Notes: generated from the sequence alone by a model not told the origin. Shown: positions 28,552 to 38,936, counted from the stretch's first letter. The stretch is 64,000 nucleotides of DNA from Eubacteriales Family XIII. Incertae Sedis bacterium (GCA_012521055.1 JAAYNC010000062.1:14315-78314); one strand, 5' to 3'. Program-made: numbers and translations.

Positions 28552-29232
28552 ATGGACATTATAATTCACGGATGCAGCGGCCGCATGGGGCGCATGCTCA
28601 CGGAGGTCATATTGGAGCAGAATGAGCACAAGGTAATCTGTGGCGTGGACCGGGAACGAACTGAGCAAGTCCCATACCCCATTTACCAGGATTTTGCTTT
28701 CGTTCCGCCGAAAGCAAATGTAGTAATCGATTTCTCACATCCCTCTGCGCTAAAAGAACTTCTCGGCTGGTGCATACTTCACGACACGCCGGTTGTCATC
28801 GCTACTACAGGTCTCGGCCCGGAGGAACATCGCATCATCCAGGAAGCATCAAGACAGATCCCCGTGTTTCAATCAGCCAATATGTCTCTCGGAATTCATG
28901 CCCTCAGTAAAGCCTTACCCTTGCTGGCTTCTATACTTGGGGATGAGTTCGATGTAGGTATTTTCGAAACCCATCACAAACATAAAAAAGATGCGCCAAG
29001 CGGTACCACCCACCTGCTAAAGGACGCTCTTGGAGGCAAATGTTCTGCTGTTGCCGCACTGCGTCTGGGTTCAATTCCCGGAGAACATACTGTGATATTT
29101 GCCGGGCCCGATGAAGTGATAGAGCTGACCCATACCGCATATTCCCGGAGGATATTTGCCCTCGGAGCGTTAAAAGCTGCCAATTTTATCACTAAACAAC
29201 CCCACGGGCTCTATAGCATGAACGATTTATAA
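28552..29232 (+). CDS. dapB: 4-hydroxy-tetrahydrodipicolinate reductase (short form)
   Basis: GCSGRMG Rossmann motif and ETHHKHKKDAPSGT catalytic motif. Confidence 0.9.
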   Translation: MDIIIHGCSGRMGRMLTEVILEQNEHKVICGVDRERTEQVPYPIYQDFAFVPPKANVVIDFSHPSALKELLGWCILHDTPVVIATTGLGPEEHRIIQEASRQIPVFQSANMSLGIHALSKALPLLASILGDEFDVGIFETHHKHKKDAPSGTTHLLKDALGGKCSAVAALRLGSIPGEHTVIFAGPDEVIELTHTAYSRRIFALGALKAANFITKQPHGLYSMNDL

Positions 29233-29245
29233 GTTGGATGCAAAA

Positions 29246-29268
29246 AACCGCCGGCTATGCCGGCGGTT
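29246..29268. terminator. shared hairpin between convergent dapB and rpmF
   Basis: AACCGCCGGC-TAT-GCCGGCGGTT is a 10-bp GC-rich stem. The T-run is present only on the minus (rpmF) side. Confidence 0.8.
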
Positions 29269-29293
29269 GTGAATATCAGTGTAGGAAAACAGA

Positions 29294-29476
29294 TTAAGCT
29301 TCCGAAGCTACTACTTCCTTCCCATCGTAATGGTTGCAATTGGGACATACTCTATGTGGAAGCTTGGGCTCATGACACTTAGAACATATTGACAATGCAG
29401 GTGCTGACATCTTCATATTGGCCGATCTTCTCTTATTTCTTCTAGCACTCGAAGTCCTTCTCTTAGGTACTGCCAT
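29294..29476 (-). CDS. rpmF: 50S ribosomal protein L32
   Basis: MAVPKRRTSSARRNKRRS and a CxxC...CxxC zinc ribbon. The start is placed at the ATG after GGAGG. Confidence 0.92.
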   Translation of the reverse strand: MAVPKRRTSSARRNKRRSANMKMSAPALSICSKCHEPKLPHRVCPNCNHYDGKEVVASEA

Positions 29477-29548
29477 CGTTAACACCTCCTTCTCTGCGTA
29501 CGAACGCTACAGATTATACCCTGTACCCAAAGCTTTGTCAACGAATTT

Positions 29549-30751
29549 TTATTTCAGATTGCTGACAATCTCTGCAGTATCCTGAGCGATCATCAGCTCT
29601 TCGTTTGTCGGTATGACTAAGATCTTAACCTTTGAACTATCCTTGCTGACGATTCTCTCTTCTCCCCTGACATTGTTCTTCTCTTCGTCCAGTTCAATTC
29701 CAAGACCATCCAGATCCGAACAAATCTGTTTTCTCATATCGATGTCATTTTCACCTATGCCTGCGGTGAATACGATGGCATCTGCCCCGTTCATTTCAGC
29801 CATGTAAGCTCCGATATAGTATTTCACGCGCCATGCAAACATCTTCAGAGCCAATGCCGCCCTCTCGTTTCCTTGGGCTTCCGCTTCAGCGAGATCCCTG
29901 AAGTCGCTGCTCACACCGGAAATACCAGCAACGCCGGACTTCTTGTTCAAAATGTTAATAACTTCATCCGCTGTAATTCCTTCTTTTTCAGAGATAAAAG
30001 TTATGACAGCGGGATCGACTCCTCCGGATCTTGTTCCCATGATAAGACCGTCCAGGGGAGTAAAGCCCATGCTGGTGTCGATGCAGACGCCATGTTTGAC
30101 GGCGGCGCAGCTGGCGCCGTTACCCAAGTGACATGTAACTATTTTAAAATCCTTGATATCCTTGTCCAACAAAGCAGCAGCCCTCATGGAAACGTACTTG
30201 TGGCTTGTTCCGTGGAAACCGTATTTACGGATCTTATATTTCTCATAATATTCATAGGGAATCGCATATAGGAAGGTTTCAGGCTTCATCGTCTGATGGA
30301 AAGCCGTATCAAATACGCCTACCATCGGAGTGTTCGGCATTAATTCCTGGCAGGCACGGATACCCAGTATGTTGGGAGGGTTGTGAAGAGGTGCCAAATC
30401 GATACATTCTTCCAGTGCATTCATTACGTCCTCGGTAATCAGGACAGAACCTGCATATTTCTCACCTGCATGAACAACTCTGTGCCCTACCGCGCTGATT
30501 TCATCCATGGAAGAGATAACACCATGTTCTTTATCCGTCAGAGCTTCCAGCACATAGCCGATAGCATCTTTGTGGTTCTTCATCGGTGCTTCTACGATAT
30601 ACTTGTCCATTCCGATCTTCTCGTGCTTCATGACAGACCCGTCAAGACCGATTCTCTCTACCAGCCCTTTCGCCAACAGAGTGGAGTTGTCCATCTCCAA
30701 AACTTGATATTTCAATGATGAGCTTCCGCAGTTAACGACTAATACCTTCAT
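29549..30751 (-). CDS. ackA: acetate kinase
   Basis: [14 protein letters not shown] and canonical ASKHA motifs. Confidence 0.96.
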   Translation of the reverse strand: MKVLVVNCGSSSLKYQVLEMDNSTLLAKGLVERIGLDGSVMKHEKIGMDKYIVEAPMKNHKDAIGYVLEALTDKEHGVISSMDEISAVGHRVVHAGEKYAGSVLITEDVMNALEECIDLAPLHNPPNILGIRACQELMPNTPMVGVFDTAFHQTMKPETFLYAIPYEYYEKYKIRKYGFHGTSHKYVSMRAAALLDKDIKDFKIVTCHLGNGASCAAVKHGVCIDTSMGFTPLDGLIMGTRSGGVDPAVITFISEKEGITADEVINILNKKSGVAGISGVSSDFRDLAEAEAQGNERAALALKMFAWRVKYYIGAYMAEMNGADAIVFTAGIGENDIDMRKQICSDLDGLGIELDEEKNNVRGEERIVSKDSSKVKILVIPTNEELMIAQDTAEIVSNLK

Positions 30752-30912
30752 TCTATTACTTCCTTTCGTACTAATTTAAAATTCTACAGAATATGACCAG
30801 ATATGAAGCTTTTACGCTGTTTTTATTATAGACCTAAAGCAACATAAAAGCTACATAAACTTTTAACGAATTTTTAATCATGCAAAATTCTTTTGGAACA
30901 ATGCGAAAAAAG

Positions 30913-32151
30913 TCATGTATCCGCAAACTCGTCAGACAAACTGGGTGAACAGACATAATCAGATCGCTGGTACAGTTCGTTGTTATAGGCTAAATTATAT
31001 ATATCTGCTGCCAGGACATCATAGAGCAACATCTTCCACTGTGAGGCATCTTGCGACACTTCTTTATTAACGTTGCTAATCATTGGGAAGGAAGCGCATC
31101 CTGTCTGCTTAATGTAACGAAGCAGCTTTGCCCCTTTGGAAGAGAACCCCAAAACCCTGGCATATAAAGGCATCTCCCCAACCATCTCAAAGAACTCCCT
31201 TTTCGTCAGCGAGGTCAAAGTGTGCAGCAACAATCTCTTGATCCTCGTCTCCGTATATCGTTTCGAAAGAACTGAGCCGACGAGTTCTTCCATACTCCTG
31301 CTTTTTATAATGGCTTTTTTCAGCTTGTTCTCAAGTCCTTCTCCGGCGCTGAGGATCTCTGCCAAACTTTCGACAGGAGTAGTCAGTATTTTATAAACCA
31401 GTATGGTAAAGAATCGCTCATAATCCGTTGCCGGGTTTTGACCGCATCTCTCCATGATTTCTACTGTTGCCTCTGGCAAAGCCTTTTTCACTCTATTCAG
31501 ATCCTGGTCTTCTGATATCGCTTGCCGGATTGCCGTAGCGCTTGCTAATTGATCTGAGACGCTCCTGTCGTGGTAGCCTTTTCCCATCCTCTTAACGGCG
31601 ATGGGTTTCATCCTTTTCCCCGTTCGTATCCATTGCTTCAAATACTCTACAGCCAGAATGTTGTTTGGCTCCCGAATCAAATCCGCCGCTTCTTCCCCTT
31701 CGATCTCCTTTACGGCTTCAAATCTGGCACGGGGATAAGAATATCCCTGATTGAGATACTTTTTCAAGGCTTCTTTTAACTCCGGGCCTTCATCAACCAA
31801 TATCTCTGCAACCCTTTGCAGATTTGCCAGTTCACCGGTTTCGCTTCCGAAGGAAAAATACGAAACGCAACCCAGGCCGTTCAGTATATGTATGCCGCCC
31901 ATGGCAAAATACTCCGCATTGTTGCATGCAAAGATGAAAGGCAATTCTATGACCAAATCCACGCCGTTTTTTACTGCCATTTCTGCACGAATCCATTTGT
32001 CATACAGCGCAGGCTCCCCTCTCTGGGTGAAATCGCCACTCATCACCGCAATGACATGATCAGCTTGTCCGAGTTTTTTCGTCTCTTTCAAATGATGGAG
32101 ATGACCGTTATGGAAGGGATTGTACTCTGCAATAATACCTATATTATTCAA
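30913..32151 (-). CDS. tmcAL: YlbM/TmcAL-family nucleotidyltransferase (tRNA-Met cytidine acetate ligase family)
   Basis: The N-terminal GIIAEYNPFHNGHLHH motif is typical of UPF0348. It sits in the ylb-cluster context. Confidence 0.75.
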   Translation of the reverse strand: MNNIGIIAEYNPFHNGHLHHLKETKKLGQADHVIAVMSGDFTQRGEPALYDKWIRAEMAVKNGVDLVIELPFIFACNNAEYFAMGGIHILNGLGCVSYFSFGSETGELANLQRVAEILVDEGPELKEALKKYLNQGYSYPRARFEAVKEIEGEEAADLIREPNNILAVEYLKQWIRTGKRMKPIAVKRMGKGYHDRSVSDQLASATAIRQAISEDQDLNRVKKALPEATVEIMERCGQNPATDYERFFTILVYKILTTPVESLAEILSAGEGLENKLKKAIIKSRSMEELVGSVLSKRYTETRIKRLLLHTLTSLTKREFFEMVGEMPLYARVLGFSSKGAKLLRYIKQTGCASFPMISNVNKEVSQDASQWKMLLYDVLAADIYNLAYNNELYQRSDYVCSPSLSDEFADT

Positions 32152-33314
32152 TCGGAAGGTTCCTTTCTGGAAGACAGAATGAGCTCTATGATTACAGTTA
32201 ACAGAAATAAAATCAATATTATTATAATCATTCCGGTTGAAAATATCAATTGCATCAGGAATCCGGGCTCAAAGCTGTCTGCAAAGATTTCGAGATTACC
32301 AAAAAGCCCTACGCTCTGTACAGCGCGATTCAAAATATACGGTGCCGTTAGATAGGCAAGCATCGCCGCTAAGATGCCATGGAAAAACTTGATCTTTAAA
32401 TATTTAAACGGGCTGATCCAAAGACCGCCCAATACGCTCATGGACTGAGCAAGTATGGAGAGACCGCCGAAAGAAACGAGAAACGCGGCCATAGTGCATT
32501 TCAATCTGAGTCCCAAATCCTGGGAAAGGGAAATCTCATTAATACCTATTGTCATCTCAAGAAGGCCTTTAATAAAGCCCGATCCATGCTGGGTTTTAAA
32601 CGCGTTAAACGTCCCGGCCATCTCTAACAAATCCGTTACATATGTAAAGATAATGATATAGCAACAAATTACCCCTAAGGTTTTCAAAGAGGATAGTATG
32701 GATGATGTGAGCATATCAAATATGCTTCGATTGTCTAATCCAGTACCCCTATAACGAAAAGGAGGCTTTGAAAAGCTCCTTCTAATTCTTCCTCCCCCTC
32801 GAAAAGCCAAACCGTTTAAAAGGGCTGCTGCGTAATGAGACAAAGCTATTACAGCTCCTGCCGCCGGCGCATAAAACATCCCCGCCCCAATCGTTCCCAG
32901 CATAAACAAAGGGCCGGAAGTCGAACAGAAAGAAAGCATCCGGACGGCTTCGACATCTGTCAGTTCCCCTCTCCTGCGCATTTGCCCGATAATGCTGGCT
33001 CCCATGGGATAACCGGAGGTTATGCTGATGATAAAAACAAAGGCTGAAGTGCCGGGTACTCCAAAGAGCTTCTGAAAGGGCTTTTCGAACAGTCCTCCCA
33101 CAAGAGACGGAATCCCCAGAGATATCATAAAATCCGCACAAATAAAAAAAGGAAGCAAAGCAGGCAACACAGAGTATGCCCACAGAGCAATTCCTCGTTT
33201 TGCGGAATCAAGAACCACTGCCGGAAAAAACACCATAGAAACGGCGATTGCAGAAGTAATGATCCCCGCATATATATATTTCACGGGATGACGCCTCGAA
33301 CTTCTCATAGTCAA
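32148..33314 (-). CDS. ylbJ: sporulation integral membrane protein YlbJ-like (nucleoside-recognition-domain transporter fold)
   Basis: Polytopic 388-aa protein. Its position between coaD/rsmD and ylbM matches the Bacillus ylb cluster. Confidence 0.7.
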   Translation of the reverse strand: MTMRSSRRHPVKYIYAGIITSAIAVSMVFFPAVVLDSAKRGIALWAYSVLPALLPFFICADFMISLGIPSLVGGLFEKPFQKLFGVPGTSAFVFIISITSGYPMGASIIGQMRRRGELTDVEAVRMLSFCSTSGPLFMLGTIGAGMFYAPAAGAVIALSHYAAALLNGLAFRGGGRIRRSFSKPPFRYRGTGLDNRSIFDMLTSSILSSLKTLGVICCYIIIFTYVTDLLEMAGTFNAFKTQHGSGFIKGLLEMTIGINEISLSQDLGLRLKCTMAAFLVSFGGLSILAQSMSVLGGLWISPFKYLKIKFFHGILAAMLAYLTAPYILNRAVQSVGLFGNLEIFADSFEPGFLMQLIFSTGMIIIILILFLLTVIIELILSSRKEPSD

Positions 33315-33362
33315 TCATATTCAAAGCCATCCCGAAATATTCAACAGCAAATAGAGTCGGTT

Positions 33363-33560
33363 TTAGGATTCTTCATTCTCAACCTGAGTTTTGTAAATCA
33401 TCTCCTTGATTTCGTTCCTGTTATCCGTCAATGTGGCATTGATTTCATCGAAGGTTTTTTGAATATCATTGAACATGTCGGTAAAGTATGTAGCATACAT
33501 CTGCTCCATCTTATCCTGGAAATTATATAGAATGCTATCGATATAATCAAAAGTACTCAT
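33363..33560 (-). CDS. small helical hypothetical protein (65 aa)
   Basis: ORF located 21 nt downstream of the coiled-coil gene. No motif recognised. Confidence 0.4.
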   Translation of the reverse strand: MSTFDYIDSILYNFQDKMEQMYATYFTDMFNDIQKTFDEINATLTDNRNEIKEMIYKTQVENEES

Positions 33561-33581
33561 TTTCAGGTTTTTTACGTTCTT

Positions 33582-33896
33582 TTACGCCAGACCCATGATC
33601 TCTTCTGCCCTGGCCTTCGCCTTTACCGTAATGTCGTCGTTTTCAATCAGGGCTTCGGCCTGCACCCTTGCTTCTTTCAACACAGCTTCATATTCGTGCT
33701 TTGCCTCGTCAAGGATTCTCTGGCGTTCATCTTTAATCCACTGAGCCTGCTGGATCTCATCCGGCAACTCAATTCGGATTTCCCGAATGATCTCCAATAT
33801 TTCCTCAGCATCTACCAAGACCTTGCCTGTAAGCGGAAAACCGGAGCTGGTCTCGATGATGTCTTCGATTTCGTCTAAGAGTTCTAAAACCTTCAT
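33582..33896 (-). CDS. coiled-coil hypothetical protein (104 aa)
   Basis: Highly charged helical sequence (ELPDEIQQAQWIKDERQRILDEAKHEYE). Function unknown. Confidence 0.5.
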   Translation of the reverse strand: MKVLELLDEIEDIIETSSGFPLTGKVLVDAEEILEIIREIRIELPDEIQQAQWIKDERQRILDEAKHEYEAVLKEARVQAEALIENDDITVKAKARAEEIMGLA

Positions 33897-33915
33897 ACGC
33901 CAAATACCTCCCGAT

Positions 33916-34398
33916 TTATTTGTTGAACTTTCTTTTCAATTCTTTCAATACGACTTTCGGAACCAGTCCGCTTATATCACCGTTAAATGAAAATACTTCT
34001 TTTACAATGCTGGAACTTATAAAAGAGTACTCCGGTGTTGTCATAAGAAATACTGTTTCCACGTCCTTATTGTACAGCCTTGCATTCATATGTGCCATCT
34101 GGATTTCATATTCAAAATCCATGGTGGCTCGCAAGCCCCGGATTACTGCATCAATTTGGTTGTTATTTACATAATCTGCCAACAATCCGTCAAAACGGAT
34201 TACTTCCACATTTGGCAGATTCTTAGTGCATCCGCGAATCATTTTCACTCTTTCTTCCGAAGTGAAAAACGGTTTTTTTGCTTGATTCTCCATTACACCT
34301 ACAACCAAGTGCTCGCATAGCTTTGAAGCGCGTTTGATCAAGTCAAGATGTCCGTTAGTAATCGGGTCAAAAGTACCAGCATATAACGCTTTTCTCAT
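33916..34398 (-). CDS. coaD: phosphopantetheine adenylyltransferase
   Basis: YAGTFDPITNGHLD motif. Confidence 0.95.
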   Translation of the reverse strand: MRKALYAGTFDPITNGHLDLIKRASKLCEHLVVGVMENQAKKPFFTSEERVKMIRGCTKNLPNVEVIRFDGLLADYVNNNQIDAVIRGLRATMDFEYEIQMAHMNARLYNKDVETVFLMTTPEYSFISSSIVKEVFSFNGDISGLVPKVVLKELKRKFNK

Positions 34399-34955
34399 CG
34401 ATGTGTATCCTCCGGTAAGACAGAATATAAAGTTATGAGGGTATCGCCGTATTTTTTAACTTTCCATATAGAAAAGCCGCCAACAGTCTCAGGAAGTTCT
34501 TGGCGGACATCGTGTTCGGCTGCAATGATACCATCCGCTGCCAACAGTTTGCGCTGCCATATCTTCTCAAGACAGGATTCAATAATTCCGGCTTTATATG
34601 GAGGGTCTATAAATATTAAATCGGCAGGCTCATGTATTTGATTGAGCACATATTCCCAATCTCCTTGAATAAGAACGCAGCGGTCTTCCACCTTGCAGTT
34701 GGATATATTCTTAGATGTCAATCGGACACCTGCCTTTGACATTTCTCCAAAATATACCTTCTTCGCTCCCCGGCTGATCGCTTCAAGGCCTAGACTTCCG
34801 GTGCCGGAGAATAAATCGATAACAACGGCTCCGTTCAATGTAGGACCAACCATACTGAACAACGCTTCTTTCACTTTTCCCGAAGTGGGACGGATAAGCT
34901 TGTCCGCAGGCATATCCAGCTTTCTGCCTTTGAGCTCTCCTGCAATAATCCGCAA
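34395..34955 (-). CDS. rsmD: 16S rRNA (guanine966-N2)-methyltransferase
   Basis: RIIAGELKGRKL, DLFSGTGSLGLEA, and DPPY motifs. Confidence 0.9.
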   Translation of the reverse strand: MRIIAGELKGRKLDMPADKLIRPTSGKVKEALFSMVGPTLNGAVVIDLFSGTGSLGLEAISRGAKKVYFGEMSKAGVRLTSKNISNCKVEDRCVLIQGDWEYVLNQIHEPADLIFIDPPYKAGIIESCLEKIWQRKLLAADGIIAAEHDVRQELPETVGGFSIWKVKKYGDTLITLYSVLPEDTHR

Positions 34956-35024
34956 TACGAGCGCCCCTTTCCGTGAATTAATTTTAACATAAGTTGGGAA
35001 AATAGCAACTGAAAGATAATAGCA

Positions 35025-35056
35025 AAACGGGCCCGCATCGTCATGCAGACCCGTTT
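35025..35056 (-). terminator. Rho-independent terminator after the SASP gene
   Basis: The minus strand has a 14-bp stem AAACGGGTCTGCAT-GACG-ATGCGGGCCCGTTT followed by TTG. Confidence 0.75.
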
Positions 35057-35092
35057 TGACTTATCAGCTTCAAACTAATTGGTTCCCAATTG

Positions 35093-35308
35093 TTATCCGC
35101 CGACTTTACCAGATAACTGCTGTTCGGCCATTTCTACCAATTTCTTGGTCATATAGCCGCCCACATAACCGTTTTGTCTTGCAGTTAAATTGCCCTTATC
35201 GATGTTGTCATAATTCGCGAGACCCAATTCATTGGCTATTTCTGTCTTCATGTTTTTCAATGCGGGCTTTGCACTAGCAACTACGTTTGATTTTGCCATT
35301 GTTTTCAC
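35093..35308 (-). CDS. alpha/beta-type small acid-soluble spore protein
   Basis: KTEIANELGL and LTARQNGYVGGYMTKKLVEMAEQQL signature motifs. Confidence 0.92.
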   Translation of the reverse strand: MKTMAKSNVVASAKPALKNMKTEIANELGLANYDNIDKGNLTARQNGYVGGYMTKKLVEMAEQQLSGKVGG

Positions 35309-35585
35309 CTCCTGTTTACATTCTTAATTTAACCGCAGGAAGTGAAACTATGTGATGTAATAATTTCATTTCATGGACTGTTTTGCCACGTTTGTTTGTA
35401 ATTTTTGGTCAAATGAGCTCAATTGCGCTCAACTCATGGCGTGCAAGTTTTTGATTAATACAGAGGTTTAAAGTATTTTTTAAGTATTTTAAAACGAAAT
35501 CGGTTCAAAATTATGCTTTTTACTTGTTCGTTTCCATTTTTTATATGTTAAACAACAGTCATTTTTATTTAAGCTTTTGCATTTA

Positions 35586-37643
35586 TTATAAGTTTATGAT
35601 ATTCGTATTTTCAAATAGTTTACCCAGTTTTTCTTTTAAAGGCCTGTGTTCTGGTAAGGATAAAAAAGGATCTTTTTCCAGCAAGGAATCCGCCTCTTTT
35701 CTAACGGTATGCAAAATCCGCAAATGCTTTGATAAATCCGCAATTCGGAGCTCAGGGACTCCATGTTGCCTGACTCCGAAAAACTCGCCGGGACCGCGCA
35801 GTTCAAGATCTATTTCGGCGATTACAAAACCGTCATTGGTCAGTTCCATCACAGCTGCGCGCTTTTTTGCCAATTCGCTTTTTGAGTCTGTAATCAACAG
35901 GCAGTAAGATTGATGCTCTCCCCGGCCTACCCGGCCTCTCAACTGGTGAAGGGCTGCCAGACCGAACCGTTCGGCGTTCTCTATAAGCATTACAGTAGCA
36001 TTGGGCGCATTGATCCCCACCTCTATGACTACCGTTGAGACGAGAATGTCCGCTTTGCCTGAGTAAAATTCCTCCATGACTACATCTTTCTCCGATTGCT
36101 TCATATTCCCGTGAAGCAACCTCACCTCAAATTCCGGAAATCGTTCTAACGCTTCTTCATAAGCCTGCTCGGCGGATTTCGCATCTATGTTTTCCGATTC
36201 CTCGATCAACGGAGTAACAATATACGCCTGCCGTCCTTCTTTCACCTGGCTGCGCAGGAATTCATACGCCTTGTTACGACTTTTTTCCGAAAGGGCTTTT
36301 GTCAGAATAGGTTTTCTGCCTGCCGGCATTTCATCAATGGCAGAATGATCAAGATCCCCGTAAAGGATTACAGCCAATGTTCTGGGAATCGGTGTGGCTG
36401 TCATGACCAAAACATCCGGATTGTGTCCTTTTGCGGAAAGAAGACTCCGCTGATTGACGCCGAATCGATGCTGCTCGTCCGTTATGACTAACCCGACGTT
36501 GAAATACTTCACTTCCGGTTGGATTAAAGCATGGGTCCCGATTAAGAAATGAATCGTACCGTCTTCAACCAGCTTATAAATCTTTGTTCGCTGCTGCTTT
36601 GTCATGCTTCCCGTGAGCAAGCCTACATTGATGTTAAAACCCTCAAACATGCCTTTTAAGCTGTCATAATGCTGCCGGGCTAACAATTCCGTAGGTGCCA
36701 TCATAACGGCCTGATAACCGCTTTTAATGGCTTTGTAGGCCGCGGCGGCAGCTACCACCGTCTTTCCTGATCCCACATCTCCCTGGACCAGGCGATTCAT
36801 TACGCGTGATTTTTCCATATCCTTTTCTATTTCGTCGAGGACCCGTTTTTGCGCTCCGGTAAGTTCAAAGGGAAGAGCGCGGACAAAATCCCTGGTTTTG
36901 TGTTCAGTGGAAAAAACGATACCCGCATTATTTTCTTTAATCCTGTATTTTATGGACAGAAGACCGAGCTGCAAAAGAAAAAGCTCATCGAAAACCAAGC
37001 GGAACTTGGCCTCCCTCACCTTTCTCGAATCTTTTGGAAAATGGATATTTTCAATGGCGTACCGGAGACTGCAGAGACGATTTCTTGAGATAATATCTTC
37101 AGGCATGTAATCTACAATTTCATCGATATAGCTCAACGCCAGACGCTGCCATTTGCGTAGGTCGCTTTGTGTGATTCCCTGGGTTAAAGGATATACGGGT
37201 AGAATTTCTCCCTGTTCATCCGGCTGTTTCGGGTTGTATTCGGGATGAAGCATCTGCAGGCGGCCTGCTCTTGATGTTACCTTTCCGTAGAACTCGTACT
37301 CTTTTTCACGATTAAAAGTTTTCTCCAGATAGGAAGCATTGAAAAAAATCACTTCAATACCCCCCGTTTCGTCCGTTACGAGGAGCTTGAGAGTTCGCTT
37401 TCTGCCCCGGTAGCCTCCTCTTACCATCAGGGAAATTTTTCCGCATATAAGAGCCGTTTCATCTTCCACAAGCTCTTTAATGGGTTTGGGATGGCGCCTG
37501 TCCTGATAATCCCTGGGATAATAAGAAAGAAAATCCTCAATAGTGCGGATTTTCAGTTTTTCCAAGGCTTTTGCTTTTTTCGGACCTACTCCGTGAAGGC
37601 TGGTGATGCTGTCACTGATACTCAATGAAACTGCTCCTGTCAT
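35586..37643 (-). CDS. recG: ATP-dependent DNA helicase RecG
   Basis: Wedge domain, Walker A GDVGSGKT, DEQHRFG, and the TPIPRT motif. Confidence 0.96.
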   Translation of the reverse strand: MTGAVSLSISDSITSLHGVGPKKAKALEKLKIRTIEDFLSYYPRDYQDRRHPKPIKELVEDETALICGKISLMVRGGYRGRKRTLKLLVTDETGGIEVIFFNASYLEKTFNREKEYEFYGKVTSRAGRLQMLHPEYNPKQPDEQGEILPVYPLTQGITQSDLRKWQRLALSYIDEIVDYMPEDIISRNRLCSLRYAIENIHFPKDSRKVREAKFRLVFDELFLLQLGLLSIKYRIKENNAGIVFSTEHKTRDFVRALPFELTGAQKRVLDEIEKDMEKSRVMNRLVQGDVGSGKTVVAAAAAYKAIKSGYQAVMMAPTELLARQHYDSLKGMFEGFNINVGLLTGSMTKQQRTKIYKLVEDGTIHFLIGTHALIQPEVKYFNVGLVITDEQHRFGVNQRSLLSAKGHNPDVLVMTATPIPRTLAVILYGDLDHSAIDEMPAGRKPILTKALSEKSRNKAYEFLRSQVKEGRQAYIVTPLIEESENIDAKSAEQAYEEALERFPEFEVRLLHGNMKQSEKDVVMEEFYSGKADILVSTVVIEVGINAPNATVMLIENAERFGLAALHQLRGRVGRGEHQSYCLLITDSKSELAKKRAAVMELTNDGFVIAEIDLELRGPGEFFGVRQHGVPELRIADLSKHLRILHTVRKEADSLLEKDPFLSLPEHRPLKEKLGKLFENTNIINL

Positions 37644-38032
37644 CCTTTGACTTCTATATTTCTCCGCGCAATCTGCTTAGATATCATGCAGGTAACGTTA
37701 ATTGCAATGCTGTTAACAGCTATGCTCGCCAGCTTTTCTATATCCGCTTTTATGTCGCTTATAAGCTGTTCCGTTACCGATCCGATGCTCGTTCCAAAGC
37801 GAATCGCAATGTATATCCTGATATCGAGTCCCTTTTCGCCCATGCTGATATCAAAATAGTCAGTGGCATAAGGAATCCCGTGTTTGTGCTTTATTCTCAC
37901 CGGTTTTCCTTTACGGCTTGTGATTAAGACCCGCCCCTGAAACTTTCGAACCGCCTCGATTACGATCCTGCCTATAACAGCTCTTTGAATTTTAATCGTG
38001 CCGGCTTCCGTCTCATGTAAATATAAAGCCAC
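37640..38032 (-). CDS. Asp23/Gls24-family envelope stress protein
   Basis: 130 aa with the Asp23-like pattern (IGRIVIEAV...VNSIAINV). It overlaps the recG start by 4 nt. Confidence 0.75.
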   Translation of the reverse strand: MALYLHETEAGTIKIQRAVIGRIVIEAVRKFQGRVLITSRKGKPVRIKHKHGIPYATDYFDISMGEKGLDIRIYIAIRFGTSIGSVTEQLISDIKADIEKLASIAVNSIAINVTCMISKQIARRNIEVKG

Positions 38033-38186
38033 TCTTAATCCTCCGTTTACATGTTTAACGCATTCAGACTACCGCTGTTACGGTAATAGTAGCACAACAT
38101 ATAAATTTTTGGAATTGCTTTTTGCCTTAATAATCCTATATACTCTAATATGCTATATGGTTAGTTTTACAAAAATAAAAAAATGT

Positions 38187-38215
38187 TTTACAGAACAATT
38201 TTCCTGTGTTATAAT
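38187..38215 (+). promoter_or_regulatory. candidate sigma-A promoter of rpmB
   Basis: TTTACA-17 nt-(TGTG)TATAAT, about 90 nt upstream of the rpmB ATG. Confidence 0.6.
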
Positions 38216-38305
38216 GGCCTTTGTTCGACATGAGGCAAGCAATAATTGCAAAACTACATTTATAAACACGAAGATTCAATACCCAGTCAAGGGAGGTGGG
38301 AATAG

Positions 38306-38500
38306 ATGGCAAGAAAATGCGAAGTCTGTGGTAAAGGTCCGTCAACCGGCTGCAACGTCAGCCACTCCAACAGACATACAAAGAGAAGATGGAACGCCAA
38401 CATCCAGACTATCAGGGTCAAGGAAGAAAATGGCACGGTACTCAGAAAAAAAGTATGCACAAGATGCATCCGCTCCGGCAAAGTAGTCAGAGCAATTTAA
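38306..38500 (+). CDS. rpmB: 50S ribosomal protein L28
   Basis: [32 protein letters not shown]. Confidence 0.96.
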   Translation: MARKCEVCGKGPSTGCNVSHSNRHTKRRWNANIQTIRVKEENGTVLRKKVCTRCIRSGKVVRAI

Positions 38501-38528
38501 GATTTGAATTCATGATGTAGATCATACT

Positions 38529-38553
38529 CGCCCCCGGTTCGCCGGGGGTTTTG
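38529..38553 (+). terminator. Rho-independent terminator of rpmB
   Basis: CCCCCGG-TTCG-CCGGGGG followed by TTTTG. Confidence 0.85.
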
Positions 38554-38571
38554 CGTATGTCTATAAAACCC

Positions 38572-38745
38572 TCACGCAGTAAAGAGCTTATACCCGCAGA
38601 AGATCATGATGCCACCCAACATGATGAGCCAAACTTTTGAAGGGAGCAAAAACGCGCATATGGTCACAGCTCCGATGATAAGCAATACAAGGCCCAGCAA
38701 CTCTACTTCGCCTTTTTTGCATTTGCCTTTTTTCTTCTTCTCCAC
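38572..38745 (-). CDS. small two-TM membrane protein (57 aa, GTG start), paralogue B
   Basis: Not in the ORF track (under 60 aa). Translation VEKKKKGKCKKGEVELLGLVLLIIGAVTICAFLLPSKVWLIMLGGIMIFCGYKLFTA has the same architecture as the upstream small ORF. Confidence 0.4.
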   Translation of the reverse strand: MEKKKKGKCKKGEVELLGLVLLIIGAVTICAFLLPSKVWLIMLGGIMIFCGYKLFTA

Positions 38746-38765
38746 GGACTAACACACCCTTCGGA

Positions 38766-38936
38766 TCATGAAATATAGAGCAAAATAATCAGCAACAATA
38801 CGGAAGCGCCTAAAGCGGCATACCAAACATAAAGCGGCACCGTATGTATGATTAAAATGACCCCGGAGAGCCCGAGTGCGACGCCAAGGATCTTCGTTAT
38901 TCGCTTTTCCCTGTTGCGTCTGCGTCTCATCCGCAT
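38766..38936 (-). CDS. small two-TM membrane protein (56 aa), paralogue A
   Basis: Translation MRMRRRRNREKRITKILGVALGLSGVILIIHTVPLYVWYAALGASVLLLIILLYIS. The start is placed at the ATG after AGGGTGA. A T7-run hairpin lies just upstream. Confidence 0.4.
   Translation of the reverse strand: MRMRRRRNREKRITKILGVALGLSGVILIIHTVPLYVWYAALGASVLLLIILLYIS

Noticed and set aside
29535-29546. A copy of the GTCAACGAA core of the 52-bp repeat between rpmF and ackA
   Set aside because: This is a single 9-10-nt match without the partner half-site or the T-rich tail, which is consistent with chance.
35309-35400. Sigma-G/F promoter upstream of the SASP gene
   Set aside because: A forespore promoter is expected biologically, but the best candidate (CATGA-N18-CATAGTT) fits the GHATR/CATAnTA consensus poorly. 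It is not reported as a feature.
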